Shown: positions 51,914 through 64,000 of the stretch, piece after piece | How the letters are laid out: every line of letters starts with the position of its first letter | Numbering within the stretch: position 1 is the first letter of the stretch | NCBI GenBank assembly: GCA_964035545.1 | Contig: OZ037766.1 | Location: 3,398,522-3,462,521 of the forward strand | Length of the DNA stretch: 64,000 nt | Origin: Bugula neritina | Taxonomy: Eukaryota; Animalia; Bryozoa | Reading direction: 5' to 3' | Notes under the pieces: model-generated | Database searches by the model: none | Told to the model about the DNA's origin: nothing | What the model saw: only the letters and a program-made list of their open reading frames with translations | Program-made: the position numbers and the translations under genes

Positions 51914-53042
51914 ATGGCAGGTAAGACTATATATTCAGATTTATTCTGATCACATCTTGCTTATCTATGTTTATAACCTATCAAGCTAGAATTGATATAT
52001 AAATGCCTAAGTTATAAATTTACATTTGAAAACTTATTAGAAATAATATTTATATAATTACTATAATGTATTGGCTTGAAAATATTCTTGTGTTTTAGCT
52101 GTTTATTCACATACCCTGTCAGACAGTGAAGGGAGTATAGAAGAAGAGTTAGATCTAGAAGGCTTAGCCTTAGACCTTTCTATGTCTTTGGTACATAATG
52201 AGGGGATTGGCTCCCTTGATCTTACATTAAATGAAGTTCTTGGAGAAGACGACTTCCTCTCAGTGCCTGACACCAGGTATATTCAAAAAGTTATGAAGCA
52301 ATCCATCCCAGAAAGCTCATATTTTGAAATTAACAATGAATTAAAAAACTTTTTTAAATGGGTTAAAGAGGAATATTTACCATTCCGAAAGAACTCCGAT
52401 GACAGAGTAAAGATATTCGAGTGGGTTTGTTTACACATACAAATAGGCATTGAACCTCTTTTGAGTTTACTATGGAGTATTAAAAGATTTAGAGAATGCA
52501 CTGTCATGGTGCTTGCTGTTGTCACTGGTCTCCACTTATTGTTTCTCCAAGACGCTGCAGTGCTAGACCCACAAGTAGCACATCCTACGCAATCTGTGTA
52601 TTACGAAACTATGATTGAGACTTCTGAACATTATGCTAGACGCTTGGAAAAGTGCTTTCAAGATATCAACACTCAAAGATTGGCAATGATATCTCAGTTA
52701 GATTTCTACGTTCCTCAAAATGACAGAAACATTGCACTTGTAGCTTATTGGACAGACAAAATGAAAGAGAATGATAAATTCATTGACTATATCGGGTATT
52801 ACAACAATGTCTATAAGCCAGGAACATTTCGGCAATTGAGAGACAGAAATACCAATGCACATAAAGAATACGTGGAATCTATAAAAACTGAAATATTTTG
52901 CAAGTTTGGGTATCTATTAGAAATTCGTTCAAAGTGGAGAACTTTCGTTGGTCAACATTGTTTACCAACCAAAGCATACGGACATTTTGGTGGGTATCCA
53001 AAGCCTCAATCCAATTTGAATGATCAAATTAACATAGGATAA
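51914..53042 (+). CDS. Cry delta-endotoxin domain I-like family, paralog E (316 aa; exons 51914-51920, 52099-53042)
   Basis: ATGGCAG|gtaaga splices to ttttag|CT giving MAAVYSHTLSDSEGSIEEELDLEGLALDLSMSLVH...; motif TVMVLAVVTGLHLLFLQDAAVLDP; close paralog of D. Confidence 0.87.
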
Positions 53043-56000
53043 GAGGTGCCTGCCTTAGAGTCTCAAGATTCAAGCCTATAATGATCGTAACCTTTAGTTT
53101 TGTTTTAAATTACGGTCAACCTGAGTAGCAAATTTTGAATTACTATGAATAATATTTAGTTTTTTGTGGCTAGTAGTTAAATAACCTGTTATTCTAATTA
53201 TAGCTTTCAGTTGTAAATTTGTAATTAAATTTGTAATTAAATAAAAAGATAAATAAAATGCTGTTCACAAACCACCTATTACTGATTTTGTAAATTCCTG
53301 CGTACTGAAATGCAAAGCTTTTTTTCTTTAGGTATGGTAGCTACAGCATAATGCATTGACAATTTGATTTCATGTATTGATATCAAAAGGTATTTTTTCC
53401 TACTATTGCTATATCAATATGTTTCAATAAATTCTATAAAGTTGGCAAAGGGTACCTATCAATTTTAAATTGGCTAATAGTCAATTTTTGAGGGGGAATT
53501 CAGTATATTAATACACCTTAGATTTGATTTGTAATTAACTACTATAAACACAATTTTTTATGATTTACTCGTTTACTAATTTACTATTTCTTAACATAAT
53601 GCAATAATTTGGCTTTCTATGGCCTCAGCTATGTTCAATGTTATTGTATTTTTAATCAACCATTGAGCGCAATATAAAACAGCAACACAGTTCAATCTAA
53701 AATAACGCAGTTTGTTCCAAAACAGAGCAGCAAAAAAAATTTGAAGTTATTTAAAATGGGTTGAGAGGTTACATCAGTTTTTGTGTCTCTAAGTAAGAGT
53801 TATCTTTTCTTCTCAATGAACTCTAGCAATCCATGTAATATACATACAAGTACAAAGCTGAGTCGACAAAGAGTTGGAAAACAACAACTGGTGTTTTATA
53901 AACCTATGATCAGATTTACATTAAAGGAGGAGAGGGGGGCACAGCGTCAAGTATTAGTAAGAGAGCTTGTTGAGTTAGAGTTGTGATATTTTTCTTAAAT
54001 AAAATAGATAGGACATTGTTTTTCAGCTATTGTATTTTCAACACTTATAGGGAATCTATATGTTAAAGAAGCAAGTCAAATTCTGTCTTCGCCTTTTTTA
54101 TATAAACTAGCACAGATTCTAAAATAATATTTTTAACTCACATTTATTTTAACTTGCCCACCTGAACATATTGCACCCTGATCACTGATATTAATTAGTT
54201 TACCCCAAAAGTTAGTTGAGAGATTGGTAAAATCAATGGACATAACTACATATTTTCCATAGTTTGTAGTACATTTGGGAATAGAGTTTTAACTCTAAAC
54301 TTGTTGAAGTGTAGGAGCAGACAACTTTAGTACAACAAGCTTTAGATGCTTATTATAGTTTTACCTGTTAGTTATAAAGTGCTTAATATAATTTAATCGT
54401 GTAAATTGTATTCTATAGGAGAAAAGTTGAAAGATAAAGCAGTTTCTACACATGCAATCGTGCTCATATCAAGGAACTAAATAAAGCACAAGCCTTAAAT
54501 CTCTCAACCAAAGTTATTCAAGACGTTGTTTCTCACATCTAATTAAAGAAAATAAATTATCTAAATTTTCAGTTTGATTAGATATAATTATGTATTTTAC
54601 TAATCTTCCTTCTGTTTCCACATTTTTTTATATGGCAATTTTGGCAATATACATCTTTTCTGAAGCTTGTTATATGTAGCTTATGGTATAAAGATATGTA
54701 TTAGTATAGCCTAAGGTTTCACCATCAGGAGTAATCATTCCTTGTCACAGCATTAAAGCGCTGATTTGTAGGAAAATGTCATTTCAACTCATGATCATAC
54801 ACTTTCCAAGTCTTAAAATATTAAATCAGTAAATAAATAAAAACAATTATATTTTAGCCTGTCATTTTTTATCAAAATCATATTTTTGTAGTTGCTTTTT
54901 ACTGCTTGAACTTGCTCTATAGTTTTCCCATAAATATTTAGCAGAGTTAAAAGAACTTCTGTATTACATACTTATAGTAAAAACAAACTGAAAGCTATCA
55001 ATACAATTCATCTCCTGTGAGTACAGTTTCTACTCAGGGATAAAAATCTATAGATGCGTGGATATTATTTAATTTTTCTATATCTAGGTTTGACTTAGCT
55101 TTGATAGTCTTTGTCTCGCATTGCTTGCCTGTATATAAAATGTTTTAATCGCTGTTGGAAAAGATTCACTGTTTGTCCAATTGTATTTGCTGGTTATATA
55201 TACAATGTGTACAGAAAGTTAAACTACCTTTTACATATGATCAGTATCTATAAAAACTCAAGCTATGATGCATCTTAGCGTTTACATGCTTGACAATTTG
55301 CATTACAGAGATTTTCATCCTTTATTTAACTATAATGACTGCTTTCAACTCCTGTATCTTCTGGCAAAACTGTCCCTCGTCATCTGTGTTGTTTTAGCTC
55401 ATATTTTGTGATAGTAGTTGACAGTGAACTATTACTAATGAATGTGGAATTATAACCACCAGTAAAACCACATGCACTGGTGTCTCATTTTCAACCAAAA
55501 AAACTGACACCCTACAACAGATAAGCAAGAATAACTTACTGGTGAACTCTGGAATAGATAGAAATATTACAGCACCACTCTGTTTTCGTGTATCAGAACA
55601 ACGGGTGGTCAATCAATGCGCTCTTCCTCCAACAACCAGCAGTTAACAAGCTACATTGCTAGTGCTCAGTAAAGCGTGTCAAGTATGGTTAATTATTATC
55701 GCAGTAAAATATGTAAAAAATAATATCATTAGTAGTCCACATACTTGAGGTCACACATAGGGCCATCTGCAGTGATATATTCAGTAGAGTAGTACTACAT
55801 GTTATAATAGTCTAATGCGACAGGATTGGCTGATTTATATCATGCTTCATATGATTACTCCTGTGTGCAATAAATATTTCAGAAGCTAGTTGGCTTTGTA
55901 TAGCATCTGGTGGAACAGGAACATATGTGTTGTGATTGAGCGCACCAGAGAAGTGTAGGTACTTACCTAGTAGTGTGTAAGTCAACAGGGGTAAGTGAAT

Positions 56001-57765
56001 TACAATTTTAGAAAGCTTGATCAGTGTTCTGTTAGCCATGTTGATGTTCAATGCATCCTTGTAAATTAGACTAGACATGCATAGTGCATGAATAGTTTTA
56101 GGCTGTGCATCTAATATGGGAGTATCTCGGAAGTGCAGTTCTCTCAAATTATATGCATGTTGTATTTACATGAAGTTTTATGTAATCATCAATAAACAAT
56201 GATCAAAATGAATTCATTTAGAATGACAATGATAATTTATGCAGTACATTATATTTGCTAAAACATCATATAGAGACTTTATTATTAAACTGTATACTCC
56301 ATGTTTTTGCTGCTAACACTTATTTTTGAAAAAATGTTACTGAAAAATTGTTATACTTATAACAACAAATAATGTATGAAGTGTAGATGTTCTGATTTTT
56401 TGTCATGTGAGCTTGTCTTAGTTTGCTTTTGGCGATGACTCATCACCATTTATGAGTGTGATAAATATAGCTATTAGCTATTTTCAATTTTCATGAAGAA
56501 AAATGTTTCAAATTTCTTCTTCAAAGCTTGATTTTTGGTCAAGAAACTTATCAACTTTACTGTTTTTGAAAATAACTTATAACTAATATAATTTTATTAT
56601 TCATTACTGTACTATTTAAAATCCTACTATATTTATAGCTTTACTTCCTGATATAGATACCATAAACAAAGCTGTTAAATGCTGAAATAGCAGTCAGCAC
56701 TTATATTTCTTGGCAATCAGTTGCAGTTATCTTAATTCTACTAGTGTTCCTAGAAGAGTGTTACTAGCTATAATAAGCTGAAATAGGCTACTATAGAAGG
56801 AATGTGGGGATTCTCAAAAATGTCTGTTATTAATTCACAGTTGTAGTCTAAAATTATCTCCTTCAGTGACATTCAAGCACAAGAACCATGAATCCAAATA
56901 AAGTAATACTTGGCCATGTGTAGATGATTAGTGCATAACTTAAATAGAGACCGCATACTCTCTTTGCAGCCAACTACTTTCAGAATTTAGATGTTTAAAA
57001 GTTCAAACTGACAATACAATCATATTTATTAGATTGAGATAAGATTTATGTTAGTCTGACAGAGTGTGATTTAATCATTTCTGAACTCTATTGGATTCAC
57101 TTTACAGTTTCTAACCATGAGCATTTTCCAACATTCTTCAGCAGATGAAAGCTTTTACATTGCGTCAAACTAGTAGCATAGAAGTATAGGCTTTTTTTAA
57201 AAAGATAATGTGCAAATCTCCCAGGCAACCTGAATTTATGTCAATTATGATAGTTGATGTGAATCTCGTTATGGATGGTTTATAGTTATCCAATTTAAGT
57301 TCAGAGTTTAGTCACAGCAAAGATTTCAAACAAGTTTTTCAACCAACAATTTTAATGCTATAAACATATTGAATCAGACATTGTTCAGAATGATGCAGGA
57401 AATATTTCAGCTGAGACTAGAAAAACCTATTCTAGTGTTTATAATTGGTTCATAATAGCCTCGCCAAGCTAGTCTTTTGGCAAAAACATTATCTGGTATC
57501 TAGAACTATTTATGTAGGACTAAAAGTCAATGTTTTGAAAGAATAAAAAACCTATTAGCTAGAAATGTAAACATAACGTGGCATAGTCAATGCTTTATAG
57601 CACAGCTTTATGGATAGTGACAGATCTGTGATTTATTATGACAGTTTGCAGGGTTGGTATAAATAATCTGATTTCATTTATATTATTACTTGTTCTATTT
57701 TAGTAGTAGATCTATCCAAGCCATAGTACGAGTTCTACACTCACTCACAGTCTGCAACTACAGCT

Positions 57766-60700
57766 ATGGAAACTGGTGTAGAAGTTTCACTAGACCCTCA
57801 CATCAGTGAAAATGAACTTCGAATGTTGGAGTACGGCAAAAAAGAGCAAGACTTTCTCCAGTTCATCAATCACATCAGACGAGAGAGAGATACTGCTGTG
57901 ACTCCAGACCAACCAGCGCCAAGACCTCTTCACCCAAAGGGCATTCAGTGTCTTCTCGCTCTTACTAAACTCTTGGAAGAAACAGTCAAACTGAAGCAAG
58001 CGGAGATCAATTCTATCAAAGACTCTGAAGATCTCAATGAGTTGCGCAGACAAGCAGAAAGAATGGTATGTTACAGAACTTGTGTACAAGATAGTATTGG
58101 TTGGAATTTATTGGCAGCAGATCTTCAAAGATATGTCAAATGCTGCTGAATTGGATGCTGAATCTATAATGTGCTAGCCATAATATGATGTTGGTTTTGC
58201 ATTTGGTTTGGTTAAGTTAGTTATAGTAAGAAGAGAGCGGCTCTGGTAAAACTAAATGTACCGCAGCTGCAATTTGATGAGCCGAAATGTTGCATAAGTA
58301 ATTTAGAATACATGTTAAAGCCTATGCAGCTGAACCTGACAACATCATCAATTTTAAAGAGAGAAGCATAAATCCACAATTCTTAGTGTTATAGTTTTAG
58401 TATTGCTCAAATAGAACTCTGTATATATTAAGTGTGAAACTCAACTTTCAATCTTAGCTAAGCAGAACTCATATATTATATCTAGTTAATCTTCAATGTA
58501 AGCAACTTTACATGCAGGAAGTAAAATATTTCAGTAGAGAAAAAGTTAATTAATCCATTACTATACAACACCCAAAATTTGTCATTTGCAACATAAAAGC
58601 TCAGAACTTAATCTGGTTGAAGAACCATTTTCTGGTAAACCATGTTGTCACCATCATCTTTAATTTGACCAAATTTTCTACAACCCAGCACAATATGTGT
58701 ATATACACTGCATGTACTGGTGAAATCAGCTGTATATATTGAATGCTTGAATCACACAACTCATGTACCACCATCATACATATTATGATCTATATTTTCT
58801 ATTCTTGTATGACTGAAGCTTGCAGTAAACATATTACGAACTGAGGTTTGCAATGAGTGGGAAGGCTGGTGTAGTTTCATTTTGCTCCCTGTATAACTAG
58901 TAGAACAGAAATGCTTTTTAGTGATTGTCATCTACTCAATAGAATTGATATCTGATGTGTATATAGCTGCATTTCACTTTTTTAATCTTCAATTGACCTG
59001 GGCATTAGTTGTTGAACTGATTGCTTCACTGTTCTCACCTAGACAACTGTAGGTCTGTGTTTCAGTATGAATGTCATTTCAATTTCACCTTCTAACAACT
59101 CATTTAGGAAGTAACTTGAAACAGAATTATAATTTGTCACTTCATAAGATACCAGTTGCTAGTAGCTTAGTAATGAAAGTTCTAATTGTAGCCTCAAGTA
59201 CTGGTTCCTGGTCAACATTCACAGACTAATGATTCAGTCGTTATGACTCAGATCATTGAGGCTTATGCAACCAGCTTTTTGCTTGGCTTATATCTTTATT
59301 TAGTAATTAGTAGTTTAGTTTGACTTGTCGAGAATATAGTTGTTGGTCACGCAGCTGTGGGTCACGCAGCTGTGGGTCACGCAGCTGTGGGTCACGCAGC
59401 TACGGGTCACGCAGCTACGGGTCACGCAGCTGCGGGTCACGCAGCTGCGGGTCACGCAGCTACGGGTCACGCAGCTACGGGTCACGCAGCTACGGGTCAC
59501 GCAGCTACGGGCCACATAGTCGTTGGTCACTTAGTTGTGAGCTTAGCAGTGGTCAGTCACTAAGTTGTTTGTCTTGTAAGTCGTTTGACAAAATATGCCC
59601 TTGAATCAAATATCAATATGCAGTAACTTGGGGATTTGCCAAATGTTTTATTACATTTTTTTTTAATTTCAACATATTTATACATTGAATCACATCTATT
59701 TTGTACAAGGAAAAATCATTTGGAGCTATAACATTATGCAATAGTTTGTTATTTTTTAACTTCAAACCCATGCATTACTGATGGTAATAATTTATATTTG
59801 TTTTATAATGAATTGGTGCAACTATTGGTGTATGTTAGTATATTTATTTAATATAGTGTACACAGTTATCAGTTTGTATTATCATAATATAATATACACA
59901 ACTATTGGTTTATGTTAATATATTATATAATATAATGTAAGAAAGCTATTAGCTAATAAATGATGGAAGTTTTGACGTGACCTGTCACATACTTCATCTG
60001 AAAGTTTTGCTCTTGTAGAGTCTGATAGATCATAAAAATTTTCACTTTGACTCGCCCACAGTCGAAGGAGGGAACAACAGTGATGATCAATCTTTTATTG
60101 AAGACTACAGATCAAGTCGTCTTCAAATCGATCAAGATCACAATGATAACCATAAAACTAAGGTAAAATAATAATTTGTCCTACTTGACATAGACCAATG
60201 ATTTTCAGATTATATCTGCTATGAAATCGAAAGAATACATATGTCAAGTTTGAGCAATTTTTAGAACAAGTTAGTAAAAGTTTTAGCCATACAAAATTGA
60301 ATTTTCTAAGTATTATTTTCTTTATGTTTTAATGTCATAAGTCACCTTCTATCTCGAAAAATGATAGCTGCACTAAGTAGAGTCAAGTGAATTAAAGTGG
60401 TATACATGGTATTCTATTGTGATTTCTAGTCTCTGCGAGTTGGCACTCAAATGTTGTCAGGAACACTCGGACGGGTAAAGACTAAGTTCCTAAAGACGTC
60501 TGCAAGTAGCAAAGAGTCGCCGACCATTGAAAACAAGAAATACCCGGCTGTGACACCAAACAGCAGCAGCTCAGCATTTGGTCAGCGAAAGAACAAACAT
60601 TATGGTTAGTTCAAAGACTAGTTGCATCTTTGAAGCTAAATTCCTCTATTTTACAAACAAGTATACTAACTAGCATGAAATACAGGCATGTGACATGTTG

Positions 60701-62323
60701 AAATATCTCTGCTTACAACCATAGTTAGGGAATTATGACGCATGCAGCTCTACTTGCATGGGTTTCCATCAGCTCCAGGAGAGAAACATTGGCCACCGGA
60801 ATGGGCTGCACAGTTTCCACTACTTTGTTTATATCATTTTAAAACCATGCTGGTATATTAAAGCATGTCTGACACACTTCCCTTATGCAGTATAGTAAAA
60901 TATTTATATGTATTTCAGCTATCATCTACATACTGTTTGAAGGTTCTATGCTCGAACAAACAAATTTTGTGTTCATGCTTTTATTTGGCCCAGAACTCTG
61001 TGTTTTTATAAGACTAATAGTACATGTACTGTACCTATTACTCACTTTCTTCACATACTATTCTTAGCTGCTGCAACACACAGCTTAAAAATTTGAACCT
61101 CAAACTGGCCAAGGTGCATATAAATCTTTCAAATGAAGTATATATCAGAGAAGTTTTAATTAATTGAAATATATATTGATAGATTGATATAACTTATACT
61201 ATGCACCTAATCATGTTTCAGAGTACGGTCAGTCACCTCATGGAGTTGCTGGTTTGGTGCATACATCTAGCAATGAATTACTGAGTGAGTTTCATGTCTA
61301 AACTTAGGTTTTGACGTTACATATGTACCAAAACATTAATGGAAATCAGAGATTTAACTTCTGGAAATGTATTTGTAAAGGTTTTATATCAAAATGATTG
61401 GTTTGGATAACAGCTTAGCTTTTGATGTCAACACTAACCACTTTAGCTATGAGAGTATTTCCACATTGTTCTCCAATAACCATCTCACTCAGATAAGCGG
61501 TAGGGGGGGGGCTGTTGGATGCCCGCTTACATGTTATAGCTGTGTTTGTTCTTGGTGCAAATTGCATACAGTCATTGCAGATATGTCTAACCGTCGTCAT
61601 CGACTACGTCTACCACTAATAAGCATCAAACTGGCCGAGTTTTGTGACTGTCAGGGTGCTTGTTCGTGTAGCCAGAGAAACTGCAATAGCTTTTATCAGA
61701 GACGGTTGCTAACACCGCCTACACCCTCAAGTTTGGGGGGTGTGTGGTGTGGCTCCATGGTTGATGAGTCAGCTGTAGATCCTATTACAATAGAAGATCC
61801 AGTTTGTGGTTGGTGATTTAGTTATAGCTTATTGTGCTTTGCTCAACCTTTATTCTTCTCTACTAACATATACTAAACAAAACTCTAATGCTCCTTTGCA
61901 CATTCCTGCTTAATTTCAGTTTGCTCTAACAGCTGTTTGGTAAACACATTGTTGCTTTTTTTTGTTCCTGGAAGTGATGGCTACAGACTATGAATATATT
62001 AAGTAATTCAATTTTATTTCTACATTTTTCTTGTTTCCATTCTTGATTTTTATTCGTGTATTTGCTTCCTATAAAATTCAAGTTTTAAAGTACCCTAGTA
62101 CAACTAGCTATTCAACTCCTATCCATACTACTTAGACATAATATATGTATATAGCTGAAGTTTTTGTTTATATTATCAGTAAATAATTTAGTTTACTGTG
62201 TTTTTTCCTTTAGCTACAGTAGGAAGTGGGGGATTATCCTCCCTCAATGGGTTTCAGAGAACCTCATATAACAGGCACATGTCTGAAGCACCCAAGACAA
62301 ATCAGTCTGGAAATGATGAAGAG
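57766..62323 (+). CDS. Unidentified multi-exon gene, 5' part (exons 57766-58065, 60019-60162, 60430-60604, 61222-61284, possibly 61581-61808, 62214-62323; probably continues downstream)
   Basis: All exons are bounded by AG/GT and join in compatible phases (0,0,1,1,1,0) without stops: METGVEV...RQAERM/SLIDHKNF...NHKTK/SLRVGTQM...KNKHY/EYGQSPHG...NELL/.../TVGSGGLS...GNDEE. An in-frame stop lies upstream of the ATG. Helical or coiled-coil-like first exon, then low complexity; family not recognised. Confidence 0.75.
59345..59511. repeat. 15-bp intronic minisatellite (GGTCACGCAGCTRYG)n, about 11 units
   Basis: Direct tandem units with degenerate flanking copies. Confidence 0.95.
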
Positions 62324-62351
62324 GTAAGCTGTAATGTTGAGATTCCTAGTA

Positions 62352-62656
62352 TCTCTTACAGTGTAGTGGGTAATATGCTGTCTTGCAGGTTGTAAGTCTC
62401 TGGTTTGATTCCTGGTGGGGGCAATTATTTTACAAGTGATTTGGGTCTTCAGTGGTGGAGTAGTATTACTGCAGGGAGTTGAGGGGCTGGTGGAGCCTAA
62501 GAACTAATGGAGTAGTAAGGGAGGGGGCAGTGACGTTTTGGAGAATTGGGTGGAATGTAGTCTTTAGATTTTCCAGTAGTTCCCATAGTATAATATGATA
62601 GCATGCTAGCTTGCAAGCTGTAATTTTGTCTGTGGTTTGGTTCCTGGTGGGGGCAG
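62352..62656 (+). mobile_element. Two degenerate tRNA-like SINE heads (about 62352-62423 and 62581-62656)
   Basis: GTGTAGTGGGTAATATGCT...GGTTTGATTCCTGGTGGGGGCA and a second diverged copy ending GGTTTGGTTCCTGGTGGGGGCA. Confidence 0.5.
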
Positions 62657-64000
62657 AAGTCTCAGAATAAGCAATTAGTTTTCTGGTGGTAATTGAGAAA
62701 TCTTGATGTGATGATTGTTTAAATTAACTGTTTGAAAGTCAAAGGAGCTGTCATTCTCTTATGAACATGTTAAACAATAGTATAACAATAGGGTGAAAAT
62801 TCCGTTACTTTTATATAGTAGCTTCTGATATTTACAGTAAGTAGGTATATCACTAAAGCTCTGCAACAATTTGAAAACTGAAAGAGCATTTAAAAAAAAT
62901 TAATTTGCTTGATTTCCTTTACAACATAGTGATAAATAATTTATTTTTCTAGCATAGTAGAGTTGACCCTTGATGGTTTGTTTGTTATTGAAGTTATAAG
63001 AGAATGTATTTTGTTTTACAATTATAGCAATTATGCAGCTGCTAAAATAGGATATTTCATTTGTCCCACTCTTTCAAAGAGTTACGACATTCGCATCACT
63101 TTGGTATTGTTATTCAATTAATGGAAGAAATTCTATGAATCAATCAATATAAATAACAATAATATGTCAAATTGGAGAATTCTGCAGTAAACAAATGCAT
63201 TAAACATTTAGGTATGTAAGTTTAGTCATTTCATTAGCATATTATTGTAATATTATTTTTAAAGTACTACATGCATTTTGTAAATAACACTATTAAAAAT
63301 ATATTCTTTCTTATTCAGTTAATGCCATATAAAAATTTGATAGTCATACTAATGAAAGTATTACCAAAATTCTAAAAACATATTATGCAAACTATTACAG
63401 ATCATTTTCCTGAAAACTTCTAGCTGGTTGAGTGTCATACAGCACATTTTGAGTTTTTTTATTATAAGTTTTGGTTTTAATGGTTACAAGTTACAAAACA
63501 CACTCGTCACCAACTTTAGGCTGTAATTAGTATGATCTCCTCAGTTTCTCATTCAATCTGTATCATTATTTTGAATGACTCATTATTTACTTAATATTCC
63601 TAAGGCAAATAAATCTACATCCATACCACACCTCCACCTTATCCCTTCCCCACCCACTCACCAACACTCTTATTTTGTTGAAAGGAGAGAGTGATTGTAG
63701 AAGTTTTTCTCCTGTAGTGTACAAACTCTTTGCAATTACAGTTTGATTAGTACAATTTACATATAACACCTAATTTTGTTCTTTTTTATAGGTCTTTTAT
63801 ACAGTAAATAACCATATCGAGAGTATGAATATTAACTATACAACTATAGTAGACGCAATATTTTGCTATGTAAATAAACACATGTATATGGTTTGATGAC
63901 TGTGTTAATGTGAATGCTATTAGTGTTACCTAATCATATGACGTGACAGAAAAAACATTTTATTTGCTCTTCTTTCAGTAAAATTTCAGTCTTGGCATCT

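Larger units (their letters stand above)
48140..54600 (+). repeat. Two-unit tandem duplication (about 48140-51385 and 51728-54600) carrying paralogs D and E
   Basis: Promoter, intron, CDS and downstream flanks are collinear and alignable by eye. Confidence 0.9.

Noticed and set aside
38443-53042. Bacterial contamination as the source of the Cry-like genes
   Set aside because: Each gene has a spliceosomal intron and is interleaved with eukaryotic repeats and intron-containing genes.
50223-53986. Duplicated ORF MSLSKSYLFF...
   Set aside because: GTG start, unrelated C-termini and conservation not codon-patterned; treated as conserved non-coding sequence.
55394-56147. Minus-strand ORFs of 72 and 111 aa
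   Set aside because: Non-ATG starts, no motif and no convincing splice context.
59315-59604. GSRSC/GHAAT repeat ORFs
   Set aside because: Translations of the intronic 15-bp minisatellite.

Overview
AT-rich eukaryotic (invertebrate-like) genomic DNA with GT-AG introns; the species cannot be determined from the sequence. Main content: (1) Five paralogous genes (1-658 minus, partial; 38443-40222; 42910-44882; 48313-49471; 51914-53042). Each has a 7-nt first coding exon plus one large exon, and encodes a signal-less helical protein carrying a motif closely resembling helices 5-6 of Bacillus Cry delta-endotoxin domain I (e.g. VANLHLLFLQDAAVLDP...FYKHMIETAEHY). (2) Nested inside that cluster, a seven-copy tandem array (about 8.9-37 kb) of tiny secreted-peptide genes missed by the ORF track: a 19-aa signal peptide plus a 29-33-aa Tyr/Lys/Arg-rich peptide (SYRPHRKSYYRKPVYKRPVYGKYNKGIYY). 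(3) A complete but disabled Mag-like Ty3/gypsy LTR retrotransposon (3790-8263). (4) A 148-aa secreted protein with GLNSxG repeats. (5) The 5' exons of an unidentified multi-exon gene (57766-62323+). There is also a MITE, tRNA-derived SINE remnants and several mini/microsatellites. The best candidate for a new system is the host-encoded Cry-domain-like family together with the amplified cationic Tyr-rich peptide array. The gene structures are read directly from the sequence; all functions are inference and no database search was run.
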